NCBI GenBank assembly: GCA_965552055.1
Contig: CBEVQO010000001.1
Location: forward strand, 224,001-288,000
Source of the DNA: an uncultured bacterium
GTDB taxonomy: Bacteria; Hydrothermota; UBA3073; NMUJ01; CBEVQO01
Direction: 5' to 3'
Length of the DNA: 64,000 bases
The number at the start of each line of letters is the position of its first letter. The first letter of the stretch is position 1. Shown here one piece after another: positions 20,689-30,672 of the stretch. The notes under the pieces are model-generated. The model ran no database searches. It was not told the DNA's origin and saw nothing but the letters and a program-made list of their open reading frames with translations. The translations under genes were made by a program, and so were the position numbers.

Positions 20689-22950
20689 GTTTCAATGCAC
20701 CAAAGAGGAGTTCAAACTTTTATGTCTTTGCTTGCAATTTCAATTCTGCTGTTAGGTTTCAATGCACCAAAGAGGAGTTCAAACAATTCAGGGTCGCCTC
20801 CTAGTGTCAATTTTACTGCGTTTCAATGCACCAAAGAGGAGTTCAAACTCAAAAGCAGGAGGTATCTGGTTGCAGGAGAATATGAGCGTTTCAATGCACC
20901 AAAGAGGAGTTCAAACCTTTCCTGGATTTCCGAATATAATATTGTGGTAGGTGGTTTCAATGCACCAAAGAGGAGTTCAAACTACAACTCCTAAATGTGT
21001 GCCTCCTTCAACCGTTACGTTTCAATGCACCAAAGAGGAGTTCAAACTCCAACGTCAACCCTGCGTTCGGGTTTCCTTCGAGGAGTTTCAATGCACCAAA
21101 GAGGAGTTCAAACTTCCTGACACTGGTTCGATAATAACGCACGGTTTCGGTTTCAATGCACCAAAGAGGAGTTCAAACCTTTATAAAATTCGATTATATA
21201 CTCGCAATGGAATTATGTTTCAATGCACCAAAGAGGAGTTCAAACTCGCCTTCTGCATGGAGTAATTCTGCGTCTTTCAATAAGTTTCAATGCACCAAAG
21301 AGGAGTTCAAACACATACACTACTTTAAAAAATTGTTTACGCATCTTTCGTTTCAATGCACCAAAGAGGAGTTCAAACTTTCTCAATTAAATACCACCAG
21401 GCAAGCCAGCAATCTGTTTCAATGCACCAAAGAGGAGTTCAAACTCGTTCTGTCTCCATTTTGTTCCACATCTCCAACAACGTTTCAATGCACCAAAGAG
21501 GAGTTCAAACTAGTCAAATCTGTAGTATCTTTCCCCCATTACTTTAGTTTCAATGCACCAAAGAGGAGTTCAAACTTCTCTATCGCTCTCAAAATGAGTG
21601 CATCTGTATCAGTTTCAATGCACCAAAGAGGAGTTCAAACTGAAAGGTCCCATACCATATGCACGAAAAGTAATGACTGTTTCAATGCACCAAAGAGGAG
21701 TTCAAACATGAGTTTCAATGCATACTTCAATGCTTTACGGTACGGTTTCAATGCACCAAAGAGGAGTTCAAACTCTATCTTATTCTCGTCAATCGACAAC
21801 CTCTGCTCTGGTTTCAATGCACCAAAGAGGAGTTCAAACTTAAAATATTAAAATCAATTAAACCCCAACCTAAAGGTTTCAATGCACCAAAGAGGAGTTC
21901 AAACATACTCTTACGAAGATAATCCCCCAATCCCAGCCACAGGTTTCAATGCACCAAAGAGGAGTTCAAACTTATCCGTCTTTTGAGGTAATCTTTCCTC
22001 AGGCAATTTGTTTCAATGCACCAAAGAGGAGTTCAAACTACACCCCGGCGGGCACTTTCTTAGGAAAGATACCCAGGTTTCAATGCACCAAAGAGGAGTT
22101 CAAACATTTTAAAATCTTCTTCGCATTCTTTGAAAATTATTGTTTCAATGCACCAAAGAGGAGTTCAAACTCTACCTTTTTTATTCTGGCTTTTGAGTGC
22201 AAAATGGAAAGGTTTCAATGCACCAAAGAGGAGTTCAAACAGGATGAGCTCCTTTAAGGCGATGACCTTCTTTTTACCAAGTTTCAATGCACCAAAGAGG
22301 AGTTCAAACTAGCATGCAAGGCTTTTGCATCCAACGATCCGACCCTGTTTCAATGCACCAAAGAGGAGTTCAAACCTACTCTATGTAAATTGGGTCTAAC
22401 AAAGTTGTCGGGTTTCAATGCACCAAAGAGGAGTTCAAACATAAGGAAGTCCCTCAAACCCCTCCAATCCGCATACGTTTCAATGCACCAAAGAGGAGTT
22501 CAAACTCTGTAGCTGTGTCAGCATTCTGTGTGTATGAAGAAGTTTCAATGCACCAAAGAGGAGTTCAAACTACTCTCCGTATGCTATTCGTTTTAAAGTT
22601 GATGCGGGTTTCAATGCACCAAAGAGGAGTTCAAACATCCTTTTGAGGTATCGTATGCTGGGGCTGTTGGTGATTTCAATGCACCAAAGAGGAGTTCAAA
22701 CCTGTCCCCAACACCATCAACGCACTCTTCCCATCACGTTTCAATGCACCAAAGAGGAGTTCAAACTCCCGTGCTTGGTTCAATAACCGGTACCGGCTTT
22801 GTGTTTCAATGCACCAAAGAGGAGTTCACAACTTTCTTTTGTAGTAACATGACAGTTTCAATGCACTGAAGTGGAGTTCAAACGAAATAAAAAATCAAAC
22901 AGAAGTCAAAATTTGTTTTAGTTTTTAATGCACAGAGAAGGGGTTCAAAC
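20689..22950 (+). CRISPR. CRISPR array 1: 35 repeats, GTTTCAATGCACCAAAGAGGAGTTCAAAC (29 bp)
   Basis: About 66 bp period. The last repeats (22803, 22855, 22921) are degenerate and the leader is on the left. Strand assignment is discussed in findings. Confidence 0.98.
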
Positions 22951-23724
22951 TTCCAAGATTAATTTCAAGTATCCGAAGCCCTGTCCTGTGCGCACTCCCA
23001 TCCCGTAGTCATATATAAACTGCAAAGAATCAGGAGCACCCCTGAGCCAAAAAACACCTTTAAAACCTTTTATAAAACCCCCATAATGCTTTATCATCAA
23101 TTTCGTAATAGGGCTTCCTATCTTCAAAAAAGTACATTCACTTTTGCTGGGAAGCACCAGCTCTAACGATGAAAACGGAGATTTCTTCTTCAATGTTTTG
23201 TATTTTTGATAAAACCTTTTATTCAAAACTTCATTAAACTTTTCTAAATCATCCAATGGCGTTATAAACCATTTATCAATGTCCCTCGCATCCTCCTCCG
23301 GATTCGTCATTATAACAGGACTCTCTGTTTTTAAAAGAATTTTATCGCCCTTTATTTTCTTCATCTTCGTTATCTTTATTTCTCTTAATTTAAAAAAGTT
23401 CCTATCTAGAAATATCCCTCCTTCTTTTTCTTCTTTCATTTTAATAAGACAATTATAAAATCTAACAAAAAGAGATGTCTCTCCTGTTGAAAATTTAAAA
23501 ACAATAGGGGAAGTAAAGCGTATTTTCTCATCCGTTCCTATTTCAAAATCTCTGAATTTAATGGCAAATGTAAAAGGCTTCCATTTCTTCTTCTTGTAAA
23601 ACTCATCATAAAGACCAACCCTTGAAAAAATATTTTTAATAAAAGATATAAATTTCCTTCTGTAATCTACATTAGCCACAAAGTATTTTTCAGTCGGCTC
23701 CCCAAAAATACATTCCAAACGCAT
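22945..23724 (-). CDS. cas6: Cas6 endoribonuclease
   Basis: YRRKFISFIK, KPFTFAI, C-terminal GMGVRTGQGFG G-rich loop; the stop codon lies inside the last degenerate repeat. Confidence 0.92.
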   Translation of the reverse strand: MRLECIFGEPTEKYFVANVDYRRKFISFIKNIFSRVGLYDEFYKKKKWKPFTFAIKFRDFEIGTDEKIRFTSPIVFKFSTGETSLFVRFYNCLIKMKEEKEGGIFLDRNFFKLREIKITKMKKIKGDKILLKTESPVIMTNPEEDARDIDKWFITPLDDLEKFNEVLNKRFYQKYKTLKKKSPFSSLELVLPSKSECTFLKIGSPITKLMIKHYGGFIKGFKGVFWLRGAPDSLQFIYDYGMGVRTGQGFGYLKLILEV

Positions 23725-23772
23725 CAAAAATTATAGCTCTTAACTAAAAAATGTCAAGTTAAAACTTCCTCA

Positions 23773-25167
23773 TTAAGATAATTTCCTTTTCAAATCGGGA
23801 TATTTCTCCAGAATCGTCTTTATTCTCCGATGGAAAGCATACCTGCTTGAGTATCCGAGGAGCTTCCAAGCTTCTGTTTTTTTGCCAGCCAATTGTAATG
23901 CCTTCCTTATATATTCCAGTTCAATCTCCGCTAATTTTCTTTTTATATCAACTGGAAAATGAACATCAAAATTTGTATTCACTTCCATTATATCTCGCGG
24001 TAAATGCTCGGGAAGAAGAGTGTCTCCTTTTGCATCTCTCGCTCTAACTATTGCGAGCTCTATTACCTGTCGCAACTCCCTTACATTACCGGGCCAATCA
24101 TATTCCATCAATAATTTCATCGCCTCTTCAGAAATTTTCTTTATCGAAGTTCTGCCCTGTTTCCTGAAAATCTCAAGGAAATACTCAGCAAGCAAAGGGA
24201 TATCTTGCTTCCTTTCTCTCAAAGGCGGCAAATTAATGATTAACCCTCTTATTCTATAATAAAGGTCTTGCCTGAAAATTCCCTTTTTGACAAGATCTGT
24301 AAGATTTTTATGTGTCGCAGATACCAGCTGAAAATCCACTCTTATCGGCTTATTACTCCCCATCCTTGTAAATTCCCCTGTTTCTATTACACGCAAAAGC
24401 TTCACCTGGGCTTCTTCCGGAAGGTCTCCTATCTCATCAAGAAATAAAATTCCTTTGTGAGCTTCTTCAATAAATCCTATTCTCCTTGATATTGCACCTG
24501 TAAACGCCCCCTTCTCATGTCCAAACAGTTCACTTGTAAGCGTTTCTTTATTCAAAGCAGCTATGGATACAGGGACAAAAGGACCATCCTTTCTTACTCC
24601 CTGACGATGAATATTGCGTGCCACTAACTCCTTGCCTGTCCCGGTTTCACCGTAAATAAGCACAGTTATCTTTCCATCCGCTGCAGCCATCTTTATATGT
24701 TCCCTTACTTCCTGTATTTTCTTATCATTTCCTATTATCTGCCATGGTTCAATTTGTTCTATCCTTCGCTCAAGACCCTCCACTTTTCGCTTCAGTTTAG
24801 CAGTATTGAGCAAATTCTCAACAAGTATTCTGTAATTCTCATAACTAACTTTATCTTTCTGGATAAATTCTTCTGCTCCAAGTTTCAAACTTTCAACCGC
24901 AGTATCAATATCGCCGTATGCCGTCATTATGAGCACTGGCAGATCTTTTGATTGTCCTTTTATTTCTTTAAGAATCTCAAGCCCTGATTTATCCTTGCGC
25001 CTCTCATCAAGCCGTATATCAAGTAACACCACATCAAATTTATAAGGAGCAAAAATTTTTTCAAATTCTTCCCTAGAATATGCTACCTCTACTTCGTAAT
25101 CATAAAAATATTTTTTCAACTCCTCCGTAAATTTCTTATCGTCGTCAACAATCAACAATCTTTTCAT
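23773..25167 (-). CDS. Sigma54-dependent response regulator (REC-AAA+-HTH, NtrC family)
   Basis: IVDDD, LLDI, GETGTGKE, GAFTGA, FLDEIGD, WPGNVREL. Confidence 0.93.
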   Translation of the reverse strand: MKRLLIVDDDKKFTEELKKYFYDYEVEVAYSREEFEKIFAPYKFDVVLLDIRLDERRKDKSGLEILKEIKGQSKDLPVLIMTAYGDIDTAVESLKLGAEEFIQKDKVSYENYRILVENLLNTAKLKRKVEGLERRIEQIEPWQIIGNDKKIQEVREHIKMAAADGKITVLIYGETGTGKELVARNIHRQGVRKDGPFVPVSIAALNKETLTSELFGHEKGAFTGAISRRIGFIEEAHKGILFLDEIGDLPEEAQVKLLRVIETGEFTRMGSNKPIRVDFQLVSATHKNLTDLVKKGIFRQDLYYRIRGLIINLPPLRERKQDIPLLAEYFLEIFRKQGRTSIKKISEEAMKLLMEYDWPGNVRELRQVIELAIVRARDAKGDTLLPEHLPRDIMEVNTNFDVHFPVDIKRKLAEIELEYIRKALQLAGKKTEAWKLLGYSSRYAFHRRIKTILEKYPDLKRKLS

Positions 25168-25850
25168 GATTCAAAAAATATCTTATCAAGGACATCTGTA
25201 CTTTTTATAACATCGGGATGCTCTTCTTTTACTATCTCTCCCATTTTCATCAAAATAACTTTGTCTGCTATTTTCAATCCTTCTTTAACATTCTGCTCTA
25301 CAAGAAGAATTCCAACATTATACTTTTGATTTATTTCCTTTATTTTCTCCATAATCTCTGATACGAGATTGGGAGCAAGACCTGCAGAAGGTTCATCCAG
25401 CAAAAGCAACTTCGGTTTTAAATTAAAACACATAGAAAGAGCAAGCTGATGCTTTAATCCGCCAGATAATAGCCCTGCTCTTTTTTTCTCATGGGGTTGA
25501 AGCTGGGGAAAAATTTTGTAAATCTCTGGAGAAAATTCACCAGTTAGTTCGATGTTTTCCCTTACAGTTAGCAATTTAAATATTTCACCTCCCTGCCAGA
25601 AATAAATGATACCATTTTTAGCACGCTCATGAGCAGATAAGCAGGAAATATCTTTGCCTTCAAATATTATTTCGCCTTTAAACGGTTTTATTATTCCTGC
25701 AATTGCTTTCAAAAATGTGGATTTGCCTGCACCATTTGGCCCTATTATAAGCACTATTTCGCCATTTTCCAGTGTAAAATCAATACCATGCAAGACCTCT
25801 TTCTTACCATAACCAGCGAATAAATTTTTTATTTCTAATTTTCTCATCAT
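25164..25850 (-). CDS. LivF-like ABC ATPase
   Basis: GPNGAGKST, LSGG, LLDEPSAGLAP, LLVEQN. Confidence 0.9.
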   Translation of the reverse strand: MMRKLEIKNLFAGYGKKEVLHGIDFTLENGEIVLIIGPNGAGKSTFLKAIAGIIKPFKGEIIFEGKDISCLSAHERAKNGIIYFWQGGEIFKLLTVRENIELTGEFSPEIYKIFPQLQPHEKKRAGLLSGGLKHQLALSMCFNLKPKLLLLDEPSAGLAPNLVSEIMEKIKEINQKYNVGILLVEQNVKEGLKIADKVILMKMGEIVKEEHPDVIKSTDVLDKIFFES

Positions 25851-25887
25851 TTTTATTTTATACGAAAATCATAAATGTCAAGCATCA

Positions 25888-26661
25888 CTAAATACCGAGA
25901 TAAGCTTTTCGTACGGAAATATCTCCGAGTATTTCATCGGGTCTTCCAAATGCACTTACTTTCCCTTCATCAAGGAAAAATACCCAGTCTGCTATCTCGA
26001 GCACAACATTCATATTGTGTTCTATAAAAATAATGGTAACTCCGAGTTCCTTTACCATCTTTTTAAATAACTCCAATAAACTTTTTATCATCGCAGGATT
26101 TACTCCTGCTGTTGGTTCATCTAATAATAAAAGCTTATAATTGCCCATCAACAATCTTGCAATTGATAAAAGCTTTTGCTGACCGTAAGATAAATCTTCG
26201 GCATAAACATTTTCATATCCCGTCAAACCAACGAAATTTATCCATTTTTTCGCTTCTTCTCTTGTAATTTTATCTTCCATTATAACTTTCTTCCTTCTAA
26301 AAAATAAATTTGTTATAAATTCACCCGAGTGGTCGAGTTTACCGAGCATTACATTCTGCATCACTGTCAGCTTACGAAAAACCCTAACATCCTGAAACAA
26401 TCTCCCTATTCCTATTTTCGCAATCTCCCATGGTTTTTTACCGCTAATCAATTTATCTTCGAAATATATTTCACCTTCATCTGGAGGAATTAAGCCACTT
26501 ATCAAATTAAAAATCGTTGTCTTACCCGCGCCATTCGGTCCTATAAGCCCCGTTATCTTCCTTCGCCAGAAATCCATATTTACAGAATTAACCGCCTTTA
26601 TCCCTCCGAAAGATTTCGTCAAATTCTTTATCCGCAGTATATATTTATCTTCCTTCATCAT
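25888..26661 (-). CDS. LivG-like ABC ATPase
   Basis: FGGIKAV, GPNGAGKTT, LSYGQQK, LDEPTAGVNP, IEHNM. Confidence 0.9.
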   Translation of the reverse strand: MMKEDKYILRIKNLTKSFGGIKAVNSVNMDFWRRKITGLIGPNGAGKTTIFNLISGLIPPDEGEIYFEDKLISGKKPWEIAKIGIGRLFQDVRVFRKLTVMQNVMLGKLDHSGEFITNLFFRRKKVIMEDKITREEAKKWINFVGLTGYENVYAEDLSYGQQKLLSIARLLMGNYKLLLLDEPTAGVNPAMIKSLLELFKKMVKELGVTIIFIEHNMNVVLEIADWVFFLDEGKVSAFGRPDEILGDISVRKAYLGI

Positions 26662-27527
26662 TCAAATTTATACTCACCTGCTATACCACTTGGTCTATAT
26701 CTCATCAAAATAATTAAAAGCACCCCGTAAATCATTTGCCTTACATTTGGAGCGATTGTATTGGGTAGCCCTATAAATCTCAAAATCTCCGGCAGTATGA
26801 CCATAAAAACCGCTCCAATCAACGGACCTCTTAAATTACCTGCGCCTCCTATCAACACTATCGACAAAATAAAAATCGATTCATCAAGTGTAAAACTCGT
26901 TGGGTCAATATAAGACATATAAGTAGCAAATAGACCGCCTGAAATTGCTGTTAGCCCACATGCAATAATGAAAGCATATATTTTTAACTTAAAAACATCT
27001 TTGCCAAGTACACTTGCAGCTATCTCATCTTCTCTTAAAGATTTCAGCGCCAGTCCAAACTGCGAATTATAAATAACACGAATAAAAAGATAAGTGAGTG
27101 CAGAGATTATGGCAGTGAAAACAAAAAATGAAGGCAAAGAATAAATCTCCTTACCAAATATTGTGGGACGGGGAATGCCAGGTATACCATAAGGACCTCT
27201 TGTTAAACTTATCCAGTTGTAGAGTATTGTGAAAATGATAAATTGAAAACCAAGAGTGGCAAGGACAAAATAATCTCCCTTTAATCTTAAAGAAGGATAG
27301 GCAACTATATAAGAAGCAATCCCGCAAAAGATTATGGCAACTATTAAAGCAAGGAAAAAATTGAGATGAAATTTCATCATTAAAAGAGTAACTGTATAAG
27401 CCCCTATTCCGTAAAATGCAGCATGGGCAAGTGTCAAAAGACCAGCAAAGCCAACAAGCAAATTGATACTCCATCCAAGTATCATGTAAATATTTATCAT
27501 TATAAGTATGTGCAAAATATAATTCAT
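26658..27527 (-). CDS. LivM-like ABC permease
   Basis: HAAFYGIGAY, LRLKGDYF, LREDEIAA, RPSGI; multiple transmembrane segments. Confidence 0.9.
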   Translation of the reverse strand: MNYILHILIMINIYMILGWSINLLVGFAGLLTLAHAAFYGIGAYTVTLLMMKFHLNFFLALIVAIIFCGIASYIVAYPSLRLKGDYFVLATLGFQFIIFTILYNWISLTRGPYGIPGIPRPTIFGKEIYSLPSFFVFTAIISALTYLFIRVIYNSQFGLALKSLREDEIAASVLGKDVFKLKIYAFIIACGLTAISGGLFATYMSYIDPTSFTLDESIFILSIVLIGGAGNLRGPLIGAVFMVILPEILRFIGLPNTIAPNVRQMIYGVLLIILMRYRPSGIAGEYKFE

Positions 27528-28052
27528 TGTATTAAATCAGATAAATCCATAATGGCAAATTCACATTCAGTTGCAACAAGCAGATAATTTTTGCCAATAA
27601 AAGCAGCACCTGGACAGTAAATGGGAGGACCCCATGTTTTCACAATCTTACCTCTTTTAAGGTCTATCAAAAGCATGATATCGTAATGATAATGTTCTCA
27701 TTATTTTACCTGTTCGTGTTTCCCATATTTTAATGCCTCTTCCTTCGCTCCCCGATGCAAAATATCTACCAGAAGTTTCGAAATCCCTTTTCTCAATCCT
27801 GGAACCACGAATTAAAAACAAAATTCTATCATCTAAAAGATCCACTTTCTCGTATTTATGTTTGCCAAAATGCAATCTTTTAACTTCTCTGCATGAAGGT
27901 ATTTCGAGTAACGAGAGTCCGCTATCATCAAGAATTAACAAATATTTTTGTGCAAGCGCAAAACTTCTGAAAGAACCTGTCTTCACAAATATGCAAGACT
28001 GAGCGAACGCCTGTCCACAACACATAAAGAAAATAAACATATATCTCCTCAT
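27524..28052 (-). pseudogene. Collapsed/frameshifted secreted WD40-repeat gene
   Basis: The 131 aa ORF has a signal peptide and FASGSEGRGIKIWETRTG. A second frame continues IMLLIDLKRGKIVKTWG...IMDLSDLIQ*, and its stop overlaps the livM ATG. Confidence 0.6.
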
Positions 28053-28933
28053 ACTCCCTCCTTTTCTTCAACTCTTCCTTTTATCCCCAGAATGCCCTGT
28101 GGTCTGAAAAGCAAAAACAATATTAAAATGACAAAAACAACGGCTGGTTTCCATCTTGCCGAGAATTTCCACACAACAAGGTTTTCGAGCAATCCAAGTA
28201 ATAAGCCACCAAGCGCTGGAGCAATGAACCTACCATATCCACCGATTATAGCGGATACAGCTCCTGTTAAGAGAGCAGGCATACCAACATTTGGGTCTAT
28301 GCCAACATCTATTGCATTTAAGCAACTGGCAATGCCCACAAAAAATGAGCCTATAGCGAATATAACAACGCGAAGCCGTAAAACATCAGTACCAAGGGAT
28401 TCGAGCAACGAAGGGTTGTCCGATAAAGCCCTTATTAACTTGCCCAATTTAGTATATTTCAATATCAAAGCAAAAATCAAAATTATAATTGCTGAAACGA
28501 TTAATTCAATGAGCTGAATCTGGGTTACTATAATGTTTCCAAGTGAGTAAGTTTTTTGAATATAGGGGTAAGGAATTTTGGTTTCGCTTCCGTAAATCAA
28601 AGCAATTAAATTTACAACAAAAATGTAAGCTCCTATGGAACTTATCAGTGCCACTCCGGGATGTGCTTCCTTTTTGTAAAGTGGCTGATAGATGAGTATT
28701 TCAAATAGTATTCCGAGAAGCGTGCCCACAATCAATCCGATTAAAAAAGAGGGTAAAATTGGCATCCCTATTTGTCTATAAAAAGTATAAAAAACATAGG
28801 CAGATACGGTATAAACAGCACCATGTGCAATATGGAAGATACGCACAGTATAATAAATTAGACCAAAACTCACGCCTATGAGTGCATATAATGAACCTGT
28901 GATTATACCATTTACAAGGAATTGCGCTATCAT
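28049..28933 (-). CDS. LivH-like ABC permease
   Basis: QFLVNGIITGSLYALIG, FHIAHG, TKLGKLIRA, RPQGILG. Confidence 0.9.
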   Translation of the reverse strand: MIAQFLVNGIITGSLYALIGVSFGLIYYTVRIFHIAHGAVYTVSAYVFYTFYRQIGMPILPSFLIGLIVGTLLGILFEILIYQPLYKKEAHPGVALISSIGAYIFVVNLIALIYGSETKIPYPYIQKTYSLGNIIVTQIQLIELIVSAIIILIFALILKYTKLGKLIRALSDNPSLLESLGTDVLRLRVVIFAIGSFFVGIASCLNAIDVGIDPNVGMPALLTGAVSAIIGGYGRFIAPALGGLLLGLLENLVVWKFSARWKPAVVFVILILFLLFRPQGILGIKGRVEEKEGV

Positions 28934-29304
28934 TTTTCTCCGAGTATTTCTTTTAATACACCTTTCAACTGAGGGATATTTATAGGTTTTTGCAGAAAAT
29001 ATTTTGCACCGAGATTCAAAGCATCTACTGCCAGTTCGAATTCACGATACATACTCATGACTATAGCGGGAATATCCGGGAAATTCATCCTTTGCCACTC
29101 CAAAAATATCAACCCATCTCTGTTTGTCATATCTGTTTGCGACAATCTTATATCAATTAGAGTTAGAGATATTGACTTATCCATTTTTTCTTTTGCTTCT
29201 TCAAGTGAGCGTGCCTTTACAATTTCATACTCATCTTTCAAAACATTTTCAAGTGAGTTCAAATATGCTTCGTCATCGTCTATTATCAAAATTTTGGGCT
29301 TCAT
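28930..29304 (-). CDS. Single-domain response regulator (REC)
   Basis: ILIIDDD, LIDIRL, VMS, FLQKP; SD GGAGG before ATG 29304. Confidence 0.88.
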   Translation of the reverse strand: MKPKILIIDDDEAYLNSLENVLKDEYEIVKARSLEEAKEKMDKSISLTLIDIRLSQTDMTNRDGLIFLEWQRMNFPDIPAIVMSMYREFELAVDALNLGAKYFLQKPINIPQLKGVLKEILGEK

Positions 29305-29305
29305 A

Positions 29306-29752
29306 TCACCTCCTGTGTCCATGATGGTCACTTACCTCTTTATAAACAAACATCTCATCTAACCTCTTTTCATCTTCTTCTGTCAATTTTATATCGCTTT
29401 CCTGTATGTTTTTGATTTTTTCTTTCAATTTATGAGTTTCTTCTGGCAATTTCAAAAGAAATTTTTTCAAATTTTCTGTGGGCTCTTTTTCTGCCTGTAT
29501 ATAAAACAAAAGGCACTTTTTCATCTTTGTAAATGTTTTAAAAATTTCAGCACCTCTATCTGTTATTTTACCGTTTCCTATTTTATAAGCTTCTACTATA
29601 AAAAAGTCAAAATCAAGAATATTTTGCGATATCATGATATCAAAATCGGTCAGTAATCTTTGCTCGAATATTTCGCCATTGAAAATATATTTCAAATACC
29701 TGATAAGAGATTTATTAATTTCGGCATTATTTGTTATAATATACCATTTCAT
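29306..29752 (-). CDS. Hypothetical protein, possible degenerate REC fold
   Basis: MKWYIITNN...FDFFIVEAY beta/alpha pattern without the acidic pocket; ATGA overlap with the porin stop. Confidence 0.5.
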   Translation of the reverse strand: MKWYIITNNAEINKSLIRYLKYIFNGEIFEQRLLTDFDIMISQNILDFDFFIVEAYKIGNGKITDRGAEIFKTFTKMKKCLLFYIQAEKEPTENLKKFLLKLPEETHKLKEKIKNIQESDIKLTEEDEKRLDEMFVYKEVSDHHGHRR

Positions 29753-30630
29753 AACATAATCTGAAAGAGAATTTTTGTAAATGTTTGCCAAGATTTTTCC
29801 CCTTTCTCCAATAAAATATAATTTCCCTGCAATCTCAAATTGTAACCTTTTATGTAGTAATTAAAACCGAAAGTTAATTTTTTCTCACTATCGCCTGTAT
29901 TCTCCCTATCAGGGTCATAGTATTCATATCTTATAACAGGTTCAAATCTTCTTATCCTGTATCCACATGAAACATAATAACCAAGCCCTTTTGTTTCATC
30001 GTCTCTTGTATATATAATCTCATTTCTTAAAGTAAAAGGAGACTTTATTTCAAACTGGAAATTATATCTCTCTTTTGGAACCGCTGTATCTTCTCCTGCT
30101 TTTCCATAGTAAATAGCAAAGCCCGCTCTTATGTATCTGTATCGGGGTACAAATCTCACAATTATATCTTTAAATTTATTGATTTCTTCTTTATTTAATC
30201 CTTCTCCATTTATCAATGCAAAATTAATTTCTGCCCATTTTAATTTGTAAAAGAGTCCCACTCCCATATCCCTTGCAGGCACTATTCCCGTTATTATTGC
30301 ATTATCAATAAAATCCCTTTTTGGAAAAGATATCAATCTTTCCATTGAAAAAGGAGGTTTAAACTGCCCGAACCTTATTTCTCCCTGTCTGAACCTGTAT
30401 CTCCCATAAACATCAAACGCAGAATATTTAAAATATTTGTCAAGAGAAATAAGAAAGCGATATCCGAATCCCTTAGCTATATCGCCATCTATACCCAGTG
30501 ATGTCTTGCCAAGAGAAAACTCATTAAAGGAGTCATGCAATGTGAATTTGGTTTGAAGCACTCCAAGTATCCTGTAATCCTGTGCCCACAAACTTTGTGC
30601 TACTAACAAAACAATGAGCCAGCGCCTCAT
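29749..30630 (-). CDS. OprO/OprP-like porin
   Basis: Signal peptide; GQFKPPFSME, RDMG, NGEG, EPVIRYE, GFNYY. Confidence 0.8.
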   Translation of the reverse strand: MRRWLIVLLVAQSLWAQDYRILGVLQTKFTLHDSFNEFSLGKTSLGIDGDIAKGFGYRFLISLDKYFKYSAFDVYGRYRFRQGEIRFGQFKPPFSMERLISFPKRDFIDNAIITGIVPARDMGVGLFYKLKWAEINFALINGEGLNKEEINKFKDIIVRFVPRYRYIRAGFAIYYGKAGEDTAVPKERYNFQFEIKSPFTLRNEIIYTRDDETKGLGYYVSCGYRIRRFEPVIRYEYYDPDRENTGDSEKKLTFGFNYYIKGYNLRLQGNYILLEKGEKSWQTFTKILFQIML

Positions 30631-30672
30631 ACTCCCTCCTTTTATCATTTTCCTTCGTTTTTGTTATAAATT

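Noticed and set aside
20563..22312. ORFs with FQCTKEEFK / FNAPKRSSN / SMHQRGVQT repeats
   Set aside because: These are translations of CRISPR array 1 repeats.
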